This document shows, piece by piece, positions 39,143-50,206 of a stretch of DNA of 64,000 bases (positions within the stretch are counted from its first letter, which is position 1; each line of letters opens with the position of its first letter). Location: contig NC_043004.1 in assembly GCF_006345805.1 (NCBI RefSeq), positions 66,650,001 through 66,714,000 of the forward strand, written 5' to 3'. Source of the DNA: Octopus sinensis. Lineage: Eukaryota. The notes under the pieces are model-generated. The model was not told the origin of the DNA, made no database searches, and saw nothing but the letters and a program-made list of their open reading frames with translations. Both the position numbers and the translations under genes were made by a program.

Positions 39143-39252
39143 TCTAACGCTTGGTCCAGCACGAGTCTCTGACATTTCACCGTCACATCTTGCAGATTCG
39201 TCAGTGCGGCAATTCGTCGGAGATTCTTTCCATCCAACAAGTGTCGAAATCT
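39143..39252 (-). CDS. Candidate exon (RFRHLLDGKNLRRIAALTNLQDVTVKCQRLVLDQAL)
   Basis: CTCTTTGCTTTAG acceptor, GTGAAT donor; phase-compatible with candidate 44193-44296. No homology recognised. Confidence 0.25.
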
Positions 39253-40164
39253 CTAAAGCAAAGAGTTTTTAAAATTGCTTTTCCTTTCTCAAAATGGGAT
39301 AAATATACTCACCGTTCTAATTCTGTAGTATGTGTCGCTTTAAATTCTCTATGAGGAAGGAGAAATATCTGAAATAGAAATTTCACACCTCATCACATTT
39401 CTGCTAACTGCAAATAAGTTTCTCTTCGTACATTTATTGACAGTTGTACAGTGTATCAATGAGAAATATCGTGTTGGAAGTAACAAGTCATTCTATACAA
39501 AAGGACAGTAAAAACAAAAAGAAAAAACAGCAAAATACAGATACAATTAATTCTGTACTGTAAATATAAAGTTAGATAATGTTTATCGTTCTGTGAGCAG
39601 TGACATTAGCAAATACATTTTCAGCGTGATACAATTCAGACACTGGAAAACAACACTGGCCACAGTAATTTTCCTACTCCCCAAAACATCAATAACAAAA
39701 TGGAAGATATAATCAACAAAAAAATAAACGCTGATAAAGAGTATAAATGTAGGGGAGTGATGAGTGAGAGGCATGGGAGGGGAAAGAAAATGGATGCCTG
39801 CTGTAATTATCGCAAAAGTCATCTAAAGAAATAAATGCCAAAGACGCGTGTGATAATAGGAACGGACAGCTTACGGAAATGCATTACATGACAGAAACAT
39901 GCTTAGCCAAGCTTTTCAGGAACGAATATTTCGAATTACCTAAAAGGACACAAACAACTTTTCACCAATGTAATTCCAATGCATCACGAAATTTAAGAAC
40001 GTATTCAATATTAAGTGGAGCCAAAACAAAAATGATAAAATTAACTATACATACATACACACATATACATGCATACGATACACAAACACACACACGGAGA
40101 CAAGACATATTTATACATATACATATACATACATACATACATACATATATAGAAACATAGTCAA

Positions 40165-40204
<40 letters not shown>

Positions 40205-40296
40205 CGGAGAAGATATTTAAGCAAAAATGCTTTTCAAAATAAACAAATTGACAAATCAAATGAAAGCAAGAGCGTCGATACATATAATCACATATA

Positions 40297-40352
<56 letters not shown>

Positions 40353-40822
40353 CGTAAACCTGCTTGAATCGAAGCTTACACACATACGCACACAGTCGCT
40401 CATTTACGCACAAGACAAGGGAAAAATGTCAGGCAACGAAATGGGAAAGAAAACAATAAAAATTAAGCACAAAAATAAATCAACGAAACGAAACTATTGA
40501 CTCAATTTAATAGAAGACATACAACACGCAGTTGAAAAGTAACAAATGTTTCCTGCAACAGAACTGATAATGGTTAATAGAAACAAAGACCCTGGCAAGC
40601 GATAGACAAAATGAAATTACTGTCATTAAATGTTTTTATCACGAAAGGCGGAAGAAGCGAAATGAACACAATGTCCATGAGTAAAAACAAGGAGAAGAAA
40701 ACGGCAAATAAATGAAATAAAATTAAAAACATAAGAATAAATATCTTCATGCTAAAACGAACAAATATTAAAAGGAACAAAGTAAAAATAATGGCAGTTG
40801 AAGTTATAGGTTCTTGTTGGTG

Positions 40823-40824
40823 TG

Positions 40825-40868
<44 letters not shown>

Positions 40869-40906
40869 TATTATTATTATTATTATTATTATCTTTATTA
40901 TTACTG

Positions 40907-40974
<68 letters not shown>

Positions 40975-41129
40975 CGTGTTTGTAGCAGTGTCATAACAAT
41001 GACATAATGAGCGAAGCAATGGCGAGAAATATCAATAGGAAGACACTGGCCACAAACATGTAAAATGTTGCCTTCCTCCTGGATATTAGAAAGCACAGCA
41101 AACAAATATGAATTGCCGGTAAAAAATGG

Positions 41130-41195
<66 letters not shown>
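40823..41195. repeat. (TTA)n, (TAG)n and inverted (CTA)n microsatellites
   Basis: Direct reading. Confidence 0.95.
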
Positions 41196-41198
<3 letters not shown>

Positions 41199-41715
41199 GC
41201 TTCTGATCTTAATTGATTGGAAGTGTTATCATGTACATTGTTTTGTTTTGGTGTAAAAGATGAGCTACAGCAAATATTCTGCTGAATACTACAGATTTGC
41301 TTGTCAGTTGTATGACCTTAACCAGTTGAACATGTCCCTTAGTGGCTGATGACATATACATCTCTTATCACGAGCAGAAGTAGTGGGGGAGCATCATAGC
41401 CATGTGTTGAGAGGGATTCTTTGAAGTTTAGTTCACATTTGGTAGCATGGGTGTTTCGAACAAGATCCTTAAACAGCCCTTATTCAAGGACCTTTTGAGT
41501 GGATTTGGCTACTCGCCATGAAGATAATTGTAACTGGACTAGACCTGAAGGGTCATGTGCTGTTTATCTTGATATGAGATCACCATGTCACGCATATACG
41601 GTTGTGATGCATGTCCCTGGTGTATCCTTATCAGACGGGTGATCATGACGGGTATACTGGGTTTCGTACATTTTACCCCAGTGTCACTTTGATGGCATGC
41701 ACTGCTCTCCCACTT
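41195..41715 (+). mobile_element. Non-coding retroelement 3' fragment ending in a long (TAA)n, possibly R4/Dong-like
   Basis: Moderately GC-rich block that I recall as an abundant octopod repeat, running into (TAA)n. Clade is inferred only from the known TAA targeting of Dong. Confidence 0.4.
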
Positions 41716-41719
41716 AATG

Positions 41720-41788
<69 letters not shown>

Positions 41789-41934
41789 TTAATAATAATA
41801 ATAATAATAATAATTATTATTATTATATTATTATTATTATTATATTATTATTATTATTATAATTATGATGATAATAATAATAACAATAATAGTTTTGTAT
41901 ATATTCCATACTATACTCTTATACTCTCTCTCTC

Positions 41935-42148
41935 ACTCTCTTTTAATTGTCTCAGTCATTTAACTGTGGTCATGCTGGAGTACCGCCTTTAGTCGAGCAA
42001 ATCGACCCCAGAACTTATTCTTGGTAAGCCTAGTACTTATTCTATCGATCTCTTCTGTCGAACAGCTAAGTTACGGGGACGTAAACTCACCAGCATCGGT
42101 TGTCAAGCGATGTTGGGGGGACAAACACAGACACACAAACACATACAC

Positions 42149-42179
<31 letters not shown>

Positions 42180-42348
42180 CATACGACGGGCTTCTTTCAG
42201 TTTCCGTCTGCCAAATCCACTCACAAGGTTTTGGTTGGCCCGAGACTATAGTAGAAGACACTTGCCCAAGGTGCCAGGCAACTGGACTGAGCCTGGAACC
42301 ATGTGGTTCGTAGGCAAGCTACTACCACACAGTCACTCCTACGCCTAT
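41935..42348 (-). mobile_element. SINE family B, full length
   Basis: Near-identical to 44791-45210; tRNA-like head and ccttgggcaagtgtctt segment. Confidence 0.9.
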
Positions 42349-42757
42349 ATATTCTATTTGAATAAAAAGAAAGTGGAAATGACGCATTAGATATGAGTAA
42401 CATACGATAAGAATAACATGGAATGTGCTATATTAAAGAGCAACTTTGAATCATATGTTTGTGTGTGTGTAGTTATATATAAATATATATATGTGTGTGT
42501 GTGTGTATGTATGTGTGTGTGTATATATATATATTTTGAAGAACATAAAGCTAAACTGAAAATATGATTTGTTTATAGTGGTGGTGAAATCAATTACTTC
42601 TACTGACGTACTGTCGAGTTATCTATCATCCATGAACTAATAACGGAATATTCATATTTAAACAAGCTAAGAAGACCATGAGAATAGGCCATGAATAATA
42701 ATATGTAAATGACAGGGAAAAAGGAAAAGCATTGAAAAAAATCTCTGTTGAATGAGA

Positions 42758-42805
<48 letters not shown>

Positions 42806-43280
42806 AAGGAGAAAAACATGGTGTTCTTCAACATTTTGAATACATAAGCCGAATCGAACGGCGGAGAGAAATCAAAATTACATTGAGATATATACAGAAG
42901 GTAGTGAGTTCCCAAATGATCCACAAGGGAATACCATAATCAGACACAAATGATAAGGAAAAACCTATTTCTTCTGGATGACACAGAAAGTTAATTTGAT
43001 AAAATGAAAAGTAATTTCTACATAAAATTATATGTTGGTGTGAAATAAGTATCATACGTTTATTAACGCGTGACACAAAAGATATTTCTGCAAATGGATT
43101 TCAAACAATAATACATTTATTCGCTAAGGCTGAAAAGTTCTTTGATCCAGTCTTCAAGAGAAGGATATCTCGTCATTCAGAGAACACTCCTTCATAGTAT
43201 CATAGTAGCAGGGTGCATGCGTTGTGGATTGCTGATAATTGTATCAGCTGATGCAGTATATATATATATATATATATATA

Positions 43281-43560
43281 TTGGTTAAAACTGTAAGATA
43301 ACAAAAGAAAGAAAGAGACCTCAATATTATGTAAATAGAGCAATTTATCTGTAAATATAATATGTGACAATTATTCGGTAGCCAAGATAAAACTCTGACT
43401 TTCAGATGCTGATTTGGAAATCCACACCACCATCTCTTCAGTTATCCGGCCATCGGAAAAACGCTATGAAAAATGACCGTTATACAAAGAGCTATTGGAA
43501 TAACCACTAATTAAGGTAAGTGGGTAAAAAGTTGATAGTATACGCGTAAGCGCGCCTGTT
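43281..43560 (-). mobile_element. Penelope-like/retrozyme-like fragment ending at (TA)n
   Basis: Hammerhead motif 43386-43446; downstream ~105 nt runs into (TA)n at 43280. Confidence 0.6.
43386..43446 (-). ncRNA. Type I hammerhead motif, CUGAAGA core
   Basis: gauaa CUGAAGA gaug...cauc u GAAA gucagag UU / uuauc; stem I 5 bp, one stem III mismatch. Confidence 0.65.
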
Positions 43561-43639
43561 CATACGTACACATGAACCTGCTTCTTCATAGACCTGTCTA
43601 AGACAGATATATATATCTGCTTTTTTACTCTAAACACAA

Positions 43640-43925
43640 TGCCCAAAATTTTGGGAAGCGGGGCAGTCGATTCAATCAACCCCGTTACGCAACCGGTGCA
43701 TAATTTATCGACCACAAAAGGATAAAAATGTAAAGACACACGAAATACCTATTTCTTTACTACTCACAAATGCTAAATACACAGAGGACAAACAAGGACA
43801 GACAAACGGATTAAGCCGATTACATCGACTCCAGTGCGTAACTGGTATTTCATTTATCGACCCCGAAAGAATGAAAGGTAAAGTCGACCTCGGCGGAATT
43901 TGAACTCAGAACGTAACGGCAGACG

Positions 43926-43930
<5 letters not shown>
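43640..43930 (-). mobile_element. SINE family A head-to-tail dimer
   Basis: Two bodies joined at cgaaatacc|tatttc (~43749). Confidence 0.8.
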
Positions 43931-43989
<59 letters not shown>

Positions 43990-43993
43990 TGAC

Positions 43994-44028
<35 letters not shown>

Positions 44029-44192
44029 TATATATATATATATATATTATATATATATATAATATATATAACATCGCTTCAATTTAAAAAGAAACTGCTG
44101 TCCTCAGACGCATATGGCCATACATATTTCCAACATAAAGGATAACTCATTTTTAGCAAAAAATCACTAATATTGTTGCTCTGTGTTCATAC

Positions 44193-44296
44193 TTGTGTGT
44201 TGCTAACAATTTCCGTTTCAAAAATTGGTAACCAATAATCTTTCATAAAATAGGATGTGTTTGATTGTTGCCTCCCCGAGATATTGTATTGTTTAA
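44193..44296 (-). CDS. Candidate exon (KQYNISGRQQSNTSYFMKDYWLPIFETEIVSNTQ)
   Basis: TGCTTATAG acceptor, GTATGA donor, open frame. No homology recognised. Confidence 0.25.
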
Positions 44297-44790
44297 CTAT
44301 AAGCATTGTACAAGAGCGAGTGCTAGCAGCCGCGAAATCAGACAGACAATTCTAATAAATTTGCAGTTATATTTACAATGCTCCTTAAATTATCATATTT
44401 GATAACCATAACTTTTGTAGCTTCAGTGGAGCTAAACTACACACTAATTATCATATCTAAGTTGAACGTCCTTTGTTATAGCTGAGTGCGTGTTCTGAAA
44501 TAATATGCGAATGGAAAATCTGGGTTACGATTGCGATGTTCAGTATCTAAACATCCTTTCTACTTTGAGCACAAGGCCTGAAATTATGCGAGAGTGTGTA
44601 ACCATTGTGCCAGGTTATCACATATTTAGTATCTAAATATCAGTATTTAAAACCAATCAGAGTTTTATATATTTTCAATTTTTACGAAATCCGCATTCGC
44701 TTAGATTTGAATAAGATTAACGTGAGGTCTGTATTTTTCGCTGTTTTTTCGCGGTGCGACTTCTCTTATATAAATGAAAATTATATATTA

Positions 44791-45210
44791 TCTTTACTCT
44801 TTACTCTTTACTCTTTTACTCTTTTACTTGTTTCAATCATTTGACTGCGGCCATGCTGGAGCACCGCCTTTAGTCGAGTAAATCGACCCCGGGACTTATT
44901 CTTTGTAAGCCCAGTACTTATTCTATCGGTCTCTTTTGCCGAACCGCTAAGTGACGGGGACGTAAACACATCAGCATCGGTTGTCAAGCAATGCTAGGGG
45001 GACAAACACACACACACACACATACATACATATATACATATATACGACAGGCTTCTTTCAGTTTCCGTCTACCAAATCCACTCACAAGGCATTGGTCGGC
45101 CCGGGGCTATAGCAGAAGACACTTGCCCAAGATGCCACGCAGTGGGACTGAACCCGGAACCATGTGGTTGGTTAGCAAGCTACTTACCACACAGCCACTC
45201 CTGCGCCTAT
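44791..45210 (-). mobile_element. SINE family B, full length
   Basis: RC begins ataggcgcaggagtggctgtgtggtaag...ggttccgggttcagtccc and ends in a (taaaag)n tail. Confidence 0.9.
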
Positions 45211-45855
45211 AACCTTGTTATATACATGGCGAATTTGAGTACAGGGAAAAATGTTACTATGAGTGTTAATAATTCACTATCGAATCACTGTAAATATCTT
45301 CTCGTGATTGCTAACAAGATGTTTCAACAAACTGCGCTAATAGCATTTACAATCTTCCAAATTTTTCATTCCGATTTGAAATTATCAACTTTATATTGGT
45401 TTCATTTGATGAAACTTACAATCGTGTATTCCTAAATAGACTGATTTACCAGAATCTGTATCAATGTCAGGCTAGTTTTAAAATTATAAACGAAAAACAT
45501 TAAAACTGATAAATGGTGAGAAGATTTAAACCTAATGAATAGTGAGTAATGTCTCGTTAACGCTTTTCTGTATAGTAATTATACAAAGTAATACATTTCT
45601 AGAAGTCTACAAAATAATCAGTAATTATAATGTAAGAGAAATTCATTAGATGGTCACTGAATTTTAATTAATTGCTGACTTTCAGTGAACAAATATCAGA
45701 GACTGGATTCAACCACCCCACTTAATCTGTATGTATGTTTTGAGTGGTGCTTGTGTGTGAGACAGATGTATGTATATATGTATGTATATATCTATGTATA
45801 TATCTATCTATATATATATATAATATATATATATTATATATACATACATACATAT

Positions 45856-45908
<53 letters not shown>

Positions 45909-45909
<1 letters not shown>

Positions 45910-46368
45910 TAGAATGGTTGTATACTGTCAATCTAACGAGAACGTGACAGTAGGGGTTACACCACCGCTGTTTAGCCCTAGGAACCATCGACGCCTCCTG
46001 ATGGCTTTGACACATTTTCCCTGTGTCCTTATATACGTTTACGAAGGGGAGACAAACACCCCCAGCAGCCAGGCTTGCATCTAGAGACACGCATGTTTCA
46101 GGATCATTGTCCTTCATCGATCTAGAATAGCAGACGCCCGTCAGCCGTTGATATCAGCCTCGACTCGCAAATGTATATATCTAACGTTCACGTTAGATTG
46201 ACAGTATACAACCATTCTATCGCCCCACCACCGTACATATCTCTATGAGAGATTTAGAAAGTTAATATTTCTGATTTTGGTAATCAGTGAATAAACTTCA
46301 CTGAAATTAGATATATACATTTGCGAGTCGAGGCAGATATCAACGGCTGACGGGCGTCTGCTATTCTA
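45909..46368. mobile_element. Non-coding hammerhead element in two inverted, doubly overlapping pieces
   Basis: Minus piece 46184-45909 and plus piece 46184-46368. 46191-46220 inverts 45909-45938, and 46307-46368 inverts 46123-46184. Confidence 0.85.
46081..46125 (-). ncRNA. Minimal type I hammerhead-like motif, UCGAUGA core, GUC site
   Basis: cuaga UCGAUGA agga-caauga-uccu GAAA ca-ugcg-ug UC / ucuag; all three stems fully paired. Confidence 0.75.
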
Positions 46369-46683
46369 TTTAGGTTACTTAAAATATATTTGACACATTT
46401 AGACTTCTGAAGACAAATTCACTACTGTTACCACGGAGAAAAAATATCTTCTATTGTAAAGTGGTGATACAACTGTCCAGCGCTACTACCTACCAAATGG
46501 CAAGATGGGTTTCTAGCTCTTTGTGATCACCGGGAAGTGAAGCAACTCTGAACAGAATCAATTAAAACCGCAGCTTCAAGTAAAACACACAGAGAAACAT
46601 TGAGTTTTCTGAAGGGGATTAACTAGATTAAGTAGATTAAATATATTAATCTCCTTTCTGTCAATACCTCCGATCTAAGATTT

Positions 46684-46774
46684 CTTCCCTGAAGACGGAA
46701 GCTGGTATTATACGACGATGGAATCAATTTAATCATTATTTTGGACCACCAGGCCTCAGAAACAGCTGCTAGAC
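46684..46774 (+). ncRNA. Degenerate hammerhead-like motif
   Basis: CUGAAGA (46689-46695), cuggu/accag pairing, and GAAA cagcug as at 48724-48733. Cleavage triplet and stem I are damaged. Confidence 0.35.
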
Positions 46775-46794
46775 TCATCAAACTTATTAACCCC

Positions 46795-47345
46795 TTTCAT
46801 CATCATTGTTCGACCGCGGTCGAGACAGTGGAATTTGCTATGTTACGCCAGACTTCGCAGTCCATCATAGCATTACGGAAGTCCTGTTGCTGGATGCCTG
46901 TATCCCTGGAGATTACATCAAGGTAGGAGAATGTGTGCCCTCTGGTATCGCGAATAGATGGCTTCCAGAGCAGAAGAGTAGGAATTGGCTCGTTTTCAGC
47001 TCTACAACAATGTCCAGCAAACTGGACTCTCCTACCTTTCACAAGAGATGACACAGGTGGTAGTTTCCCATATATTTGCATTTTGGTTGGATGGCGCTTC
47101 CACGAGAGATTTTGAGCTCTCATAAGGAAGCGAGTGTAAGTTCCATCCAACCGCCTCTCAAGCTTCTTTGATAACGTCCAGGTTTCTGAGCCATATAGTA
47201 GGATTGGTTCGACTGTGGCTTTGAAGATTTTAAGTTTGAAATCTCTACTTAGATTTGATGACTAGATCTTATGCATATCATTACAGGCTGACCAGGCCAT
47301 ACCCTTTCTAGTTAGAAAATCTTTTCCAGATGATGATATGTATGA
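46795..47345 (-). mobile_element. 5'-truncated RTE-like LINE fragment, different family from 10126
   Basis: GSYISSSGKDF..RKGMAW, LLYGSETWTL, RRVQFAGHCCRA, then tgatgatga tail; one in-frame stop. Confidence 0.85.
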
Positions 47346-47549
47346 CCCCTTTAATTCCTGATATTTCTTTTCTGTGTAAGTTGGACCTGTTTGTATGTAA
47401 ACATATCAACATTTTTGTATTAAATATATTCAATATTGTTTGCATATCGACTTGCCTAACCTTCTCATCCTTACATTTACTCCTCTACCTGCAGAAGTTT
47501 CAACCTCTTCAGCACTACTAAGTGTATTCTATACAGAGAATATCTGTTT

Positions 47550-47582
<33 letters not shown>

Positions 47583-48440
47583 TATAGTCTTTGTGTTTTT
47601 ATGTATAACATGTAATCACTTTGAGATTAAAATACTGCACCGACTTACCAAAAGCGCTGAATCATAAAATAATGTTCAAATGCAGTAGAAACACATTATT
47701 AATAATGATAATTCTTATCAAAAGAAACCGCTATTGATACAAAATTAAATTGATGAGAAATATAATACACTAAAGAGTGAGATCGATTTTTGTTATGTAT
47801 AGTTATAAATCCGGACATATAGCCGTGTTATTAGTCCTCTGTACTTATTAATGTGGTTTATTATGTAAAAGATATGCTTCGATAATACAGCAACATTTCG
47901 CATTATCCGTCATACTTTTCTTCCTACTGTGTAATTTCTTTAACAAAAACTCATGTTCACGTTTCAATATAACAGTGTTTTGTGGAGCGGCAGATACCCA
48001 GAGTTAAGTAAGGAAGTATTTGATGTGTCCAAACGTTTCAATATTATTCCGTACATATAAAATGGAGTAAAATCAAGCGCTTGTAATTACACATTTCCAT
48101 CAGTGTAGGAAGATTGATTGATCTATGCTGATTCCTAATTTGACATTTGCTACATTCACTTTTGCAATTTGAGGTCATAAAATTGAATTGCCTGAAATAA
48201 GCTGAAAATACGAGAAATAGTAATACGCTCTCCAAAAATAATTGTAGTAATAAATGTTGTCTAGACAATCTATCATTGAATTACTAGGGGATCATTTCCA
48301 CTTACACTATTTATATATTGGATTCTTATGGTATATGTGTGTGTAAGTGTGTCTATGCATGTACATAAAAATGTATATATATATATATGAATATAAATAG
48401 ATACTGACATATACATTCATACATATATACAAACATATAA

Positions 48441-48498
<58 letters not shown>

Positions 48499-48688
48499 GT
48501 ACAATTTTAAATGCTGTTGCATTTTTCTCATAAGGTATTGGTATCTTACATATATACCATTCTGCCTTAAAAATGGATCTACAAATTCGATATCCCTGCA
48601 TATCTCACATCTATTGCCTTTCCTCCACCTCACTCTCTATTTCGTATCCTATCTAAATTAACTATTACTTAACCATCCTATCACACCG

Positions 48689-48738
48689 TCTCCGATGAAG
48701 GGATATAATTAATAAATATCCTTGAAACAGCTGTAAGA
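48689..48738 (+). ncRNA. Minimal type I hammerhead-like motif, CCGAUGA core
   Basis: ucu CCGAUGA agggauau-aauuaauaa-auauccuu GAAA cagcug UA / aga. 8-bp stem II, palindromic stem III; element ends at (TA)n ~48808. Confidence 0.7.
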
Positions 48739-48807
48739 ACTTCTATCTAGAAATGTTCTAACATCTACACAGCCTTGGGTTTTTTATCGCACTTCGCAAA
48801 AAATTCT

Positions 48808-48840
<33 letters not shown>

Positions 48841-49380
48841 GACGCCTTGAAAGAACAATCTGATTCCGCTTTATATCAAATAAACCACCTAAAAACCAAC
48901 GGATCATATTACTACGCAGTTGCATTAACGTTATACCTTGCCGAGCTTGTATAAGAATGCTTGAACATGATCCCATATAAATCTCAATCTCCTGTGTACA
49001 TATTTGGATGTTTCCTCTCTGGTTTAAGATGTTGGTGTATTTCATTTAAGTTCAGATGTCTTATTCTAAACTATTCATTTTACATTTTGAAAGGAGAGCT
49101 ATATTTAGCAGATCAATCTAAAATGTGTTACTGTTATCATTGTTGATGATCAATTTTTTATTCCATATCAGACCTTAGAGAGATAGCTAGCTATATAGAT
49201 AGATAGAGAGAGAGAGTGAGAGTGAGAGAGAGCAGACCTTTGATACAGTATGACCTTTATAAACTGGATGTCTGTTTAAAGGCATATTCGGCAGCTTTCT
49301 TTTGCGATATGTTGGGTGATTCTGAGAAATATCTGCATCGGATGGTTGGTATTTTAATTAGTTTCAGCAGCAAATGTAAC

Positions 49381-49435
49381 CGTAGTAGTAGTGATAATAG
49401 TAGTCGTAGTAGTAGTAGTAGTAGTAGTAGTAGTA

Positions 49436-49474
<39 letters not shown>

Positions 49475-49525
49475 CAGTATAGTAGTAGTGGCAGCAGCAG
49501 AAGCAGCAGTAGTTTTAGTAGAAAC

Positions 49526-49568
<43 letters not shown>

Positions 49569-49601
49569 ACAGCAGTAGCAGCAGCAGCAGCGGCAGCAGT
49601 T
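49381..49601. repeat. (TAG)n/(CAG)n microsatellite
   Basis: Direct reading. Confidence 0.95.
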
Positions 49602-49821
49602 ACAGCCACAGTATTAGATCGGGGAATAGCTGCACCCCGATCCAACAGTTGTAGATTTCCCGACTTTGTCTTACGCTGATTCACAATATCTATGTTTTAC
49701 ATAGAAAATACATTAAATGATCGGTTTCATATAAAGCGTATCTCACCCAGGAGTATGTGTTACAATTTCGCATCTCACTTAGGCGTATGTATTATAATTT
49801 CACCAACATATTTAAATGTTT

Positions 49822-50206
49822 GGAGGCGCAATGGCCCAGTGGTTAGGGCAGCGGACTCGCGGTCATAGGATCGCGGTTTCGATTCCCAGACCGGGCGTTG
49901 TGAGTGTTTATTGAGCGAAAACACCTAAAAGCTCCATGAGGCTCCGGCAGGGGATGGTGGTGATCCCTGCTGTACTCTTTCACCACAACTTTCTCTCACT
50001 CTTACTTCCTGTTTCTGTTGTACCTGTATTTCAAAGGGCCGGCCTTGTCACTCTCTGTGTCACGCTGAATATCCCCGAGAACTACGTTAAGGGTGCACGT
50101 GTCTGTGGAGTACTCAGCCATTTACACGTTAATTTCACGAGCAGGCTGTTCCGTTGATTCGGATCAACCGGAACCCTCATCGTCGTAACCGACGGAGTGC
50201 TTCCAG
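49822..50206 (+). mobile_element. Chimeric SINE: family C head with family D tail, 12-13 bp TSD
   Basis: atttaaatgttt(g) at 49810-49822 and 50207-50219. Confidence 0.9.

Noticed and set aside
39165-39220. CCGACGA/CUGACGA plus GAAA on the minus strand
   Set aside because: Stem III cannot form and stem I does not pair.
40991-41100. RRKATFY as the pre-M1 motif of a Cys-loop or chemotactile receptor
   Set aside because: The M1 proline is absent, a stop follows the single hydrophobic stretch, and there are no M2/M3 or Cys-loop exons nearby.
41346-41352. CUGAUGA as a hammerhead core
   Set aside because: No stem II, GAAA or stem I partner at suitable spacing.
48549-48640. RWRKGNRCEIC as a RING-CH fragment
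   Set aside because: Poor acceptor, only one CxxC, no partner exon.
49617-49642. 8-bp GC hairpin as a Helitron 3' end or terminator
   Set aside because: No CTRR at the expected distance and no matching 5' end; bacterial terminators are irrelevant here.
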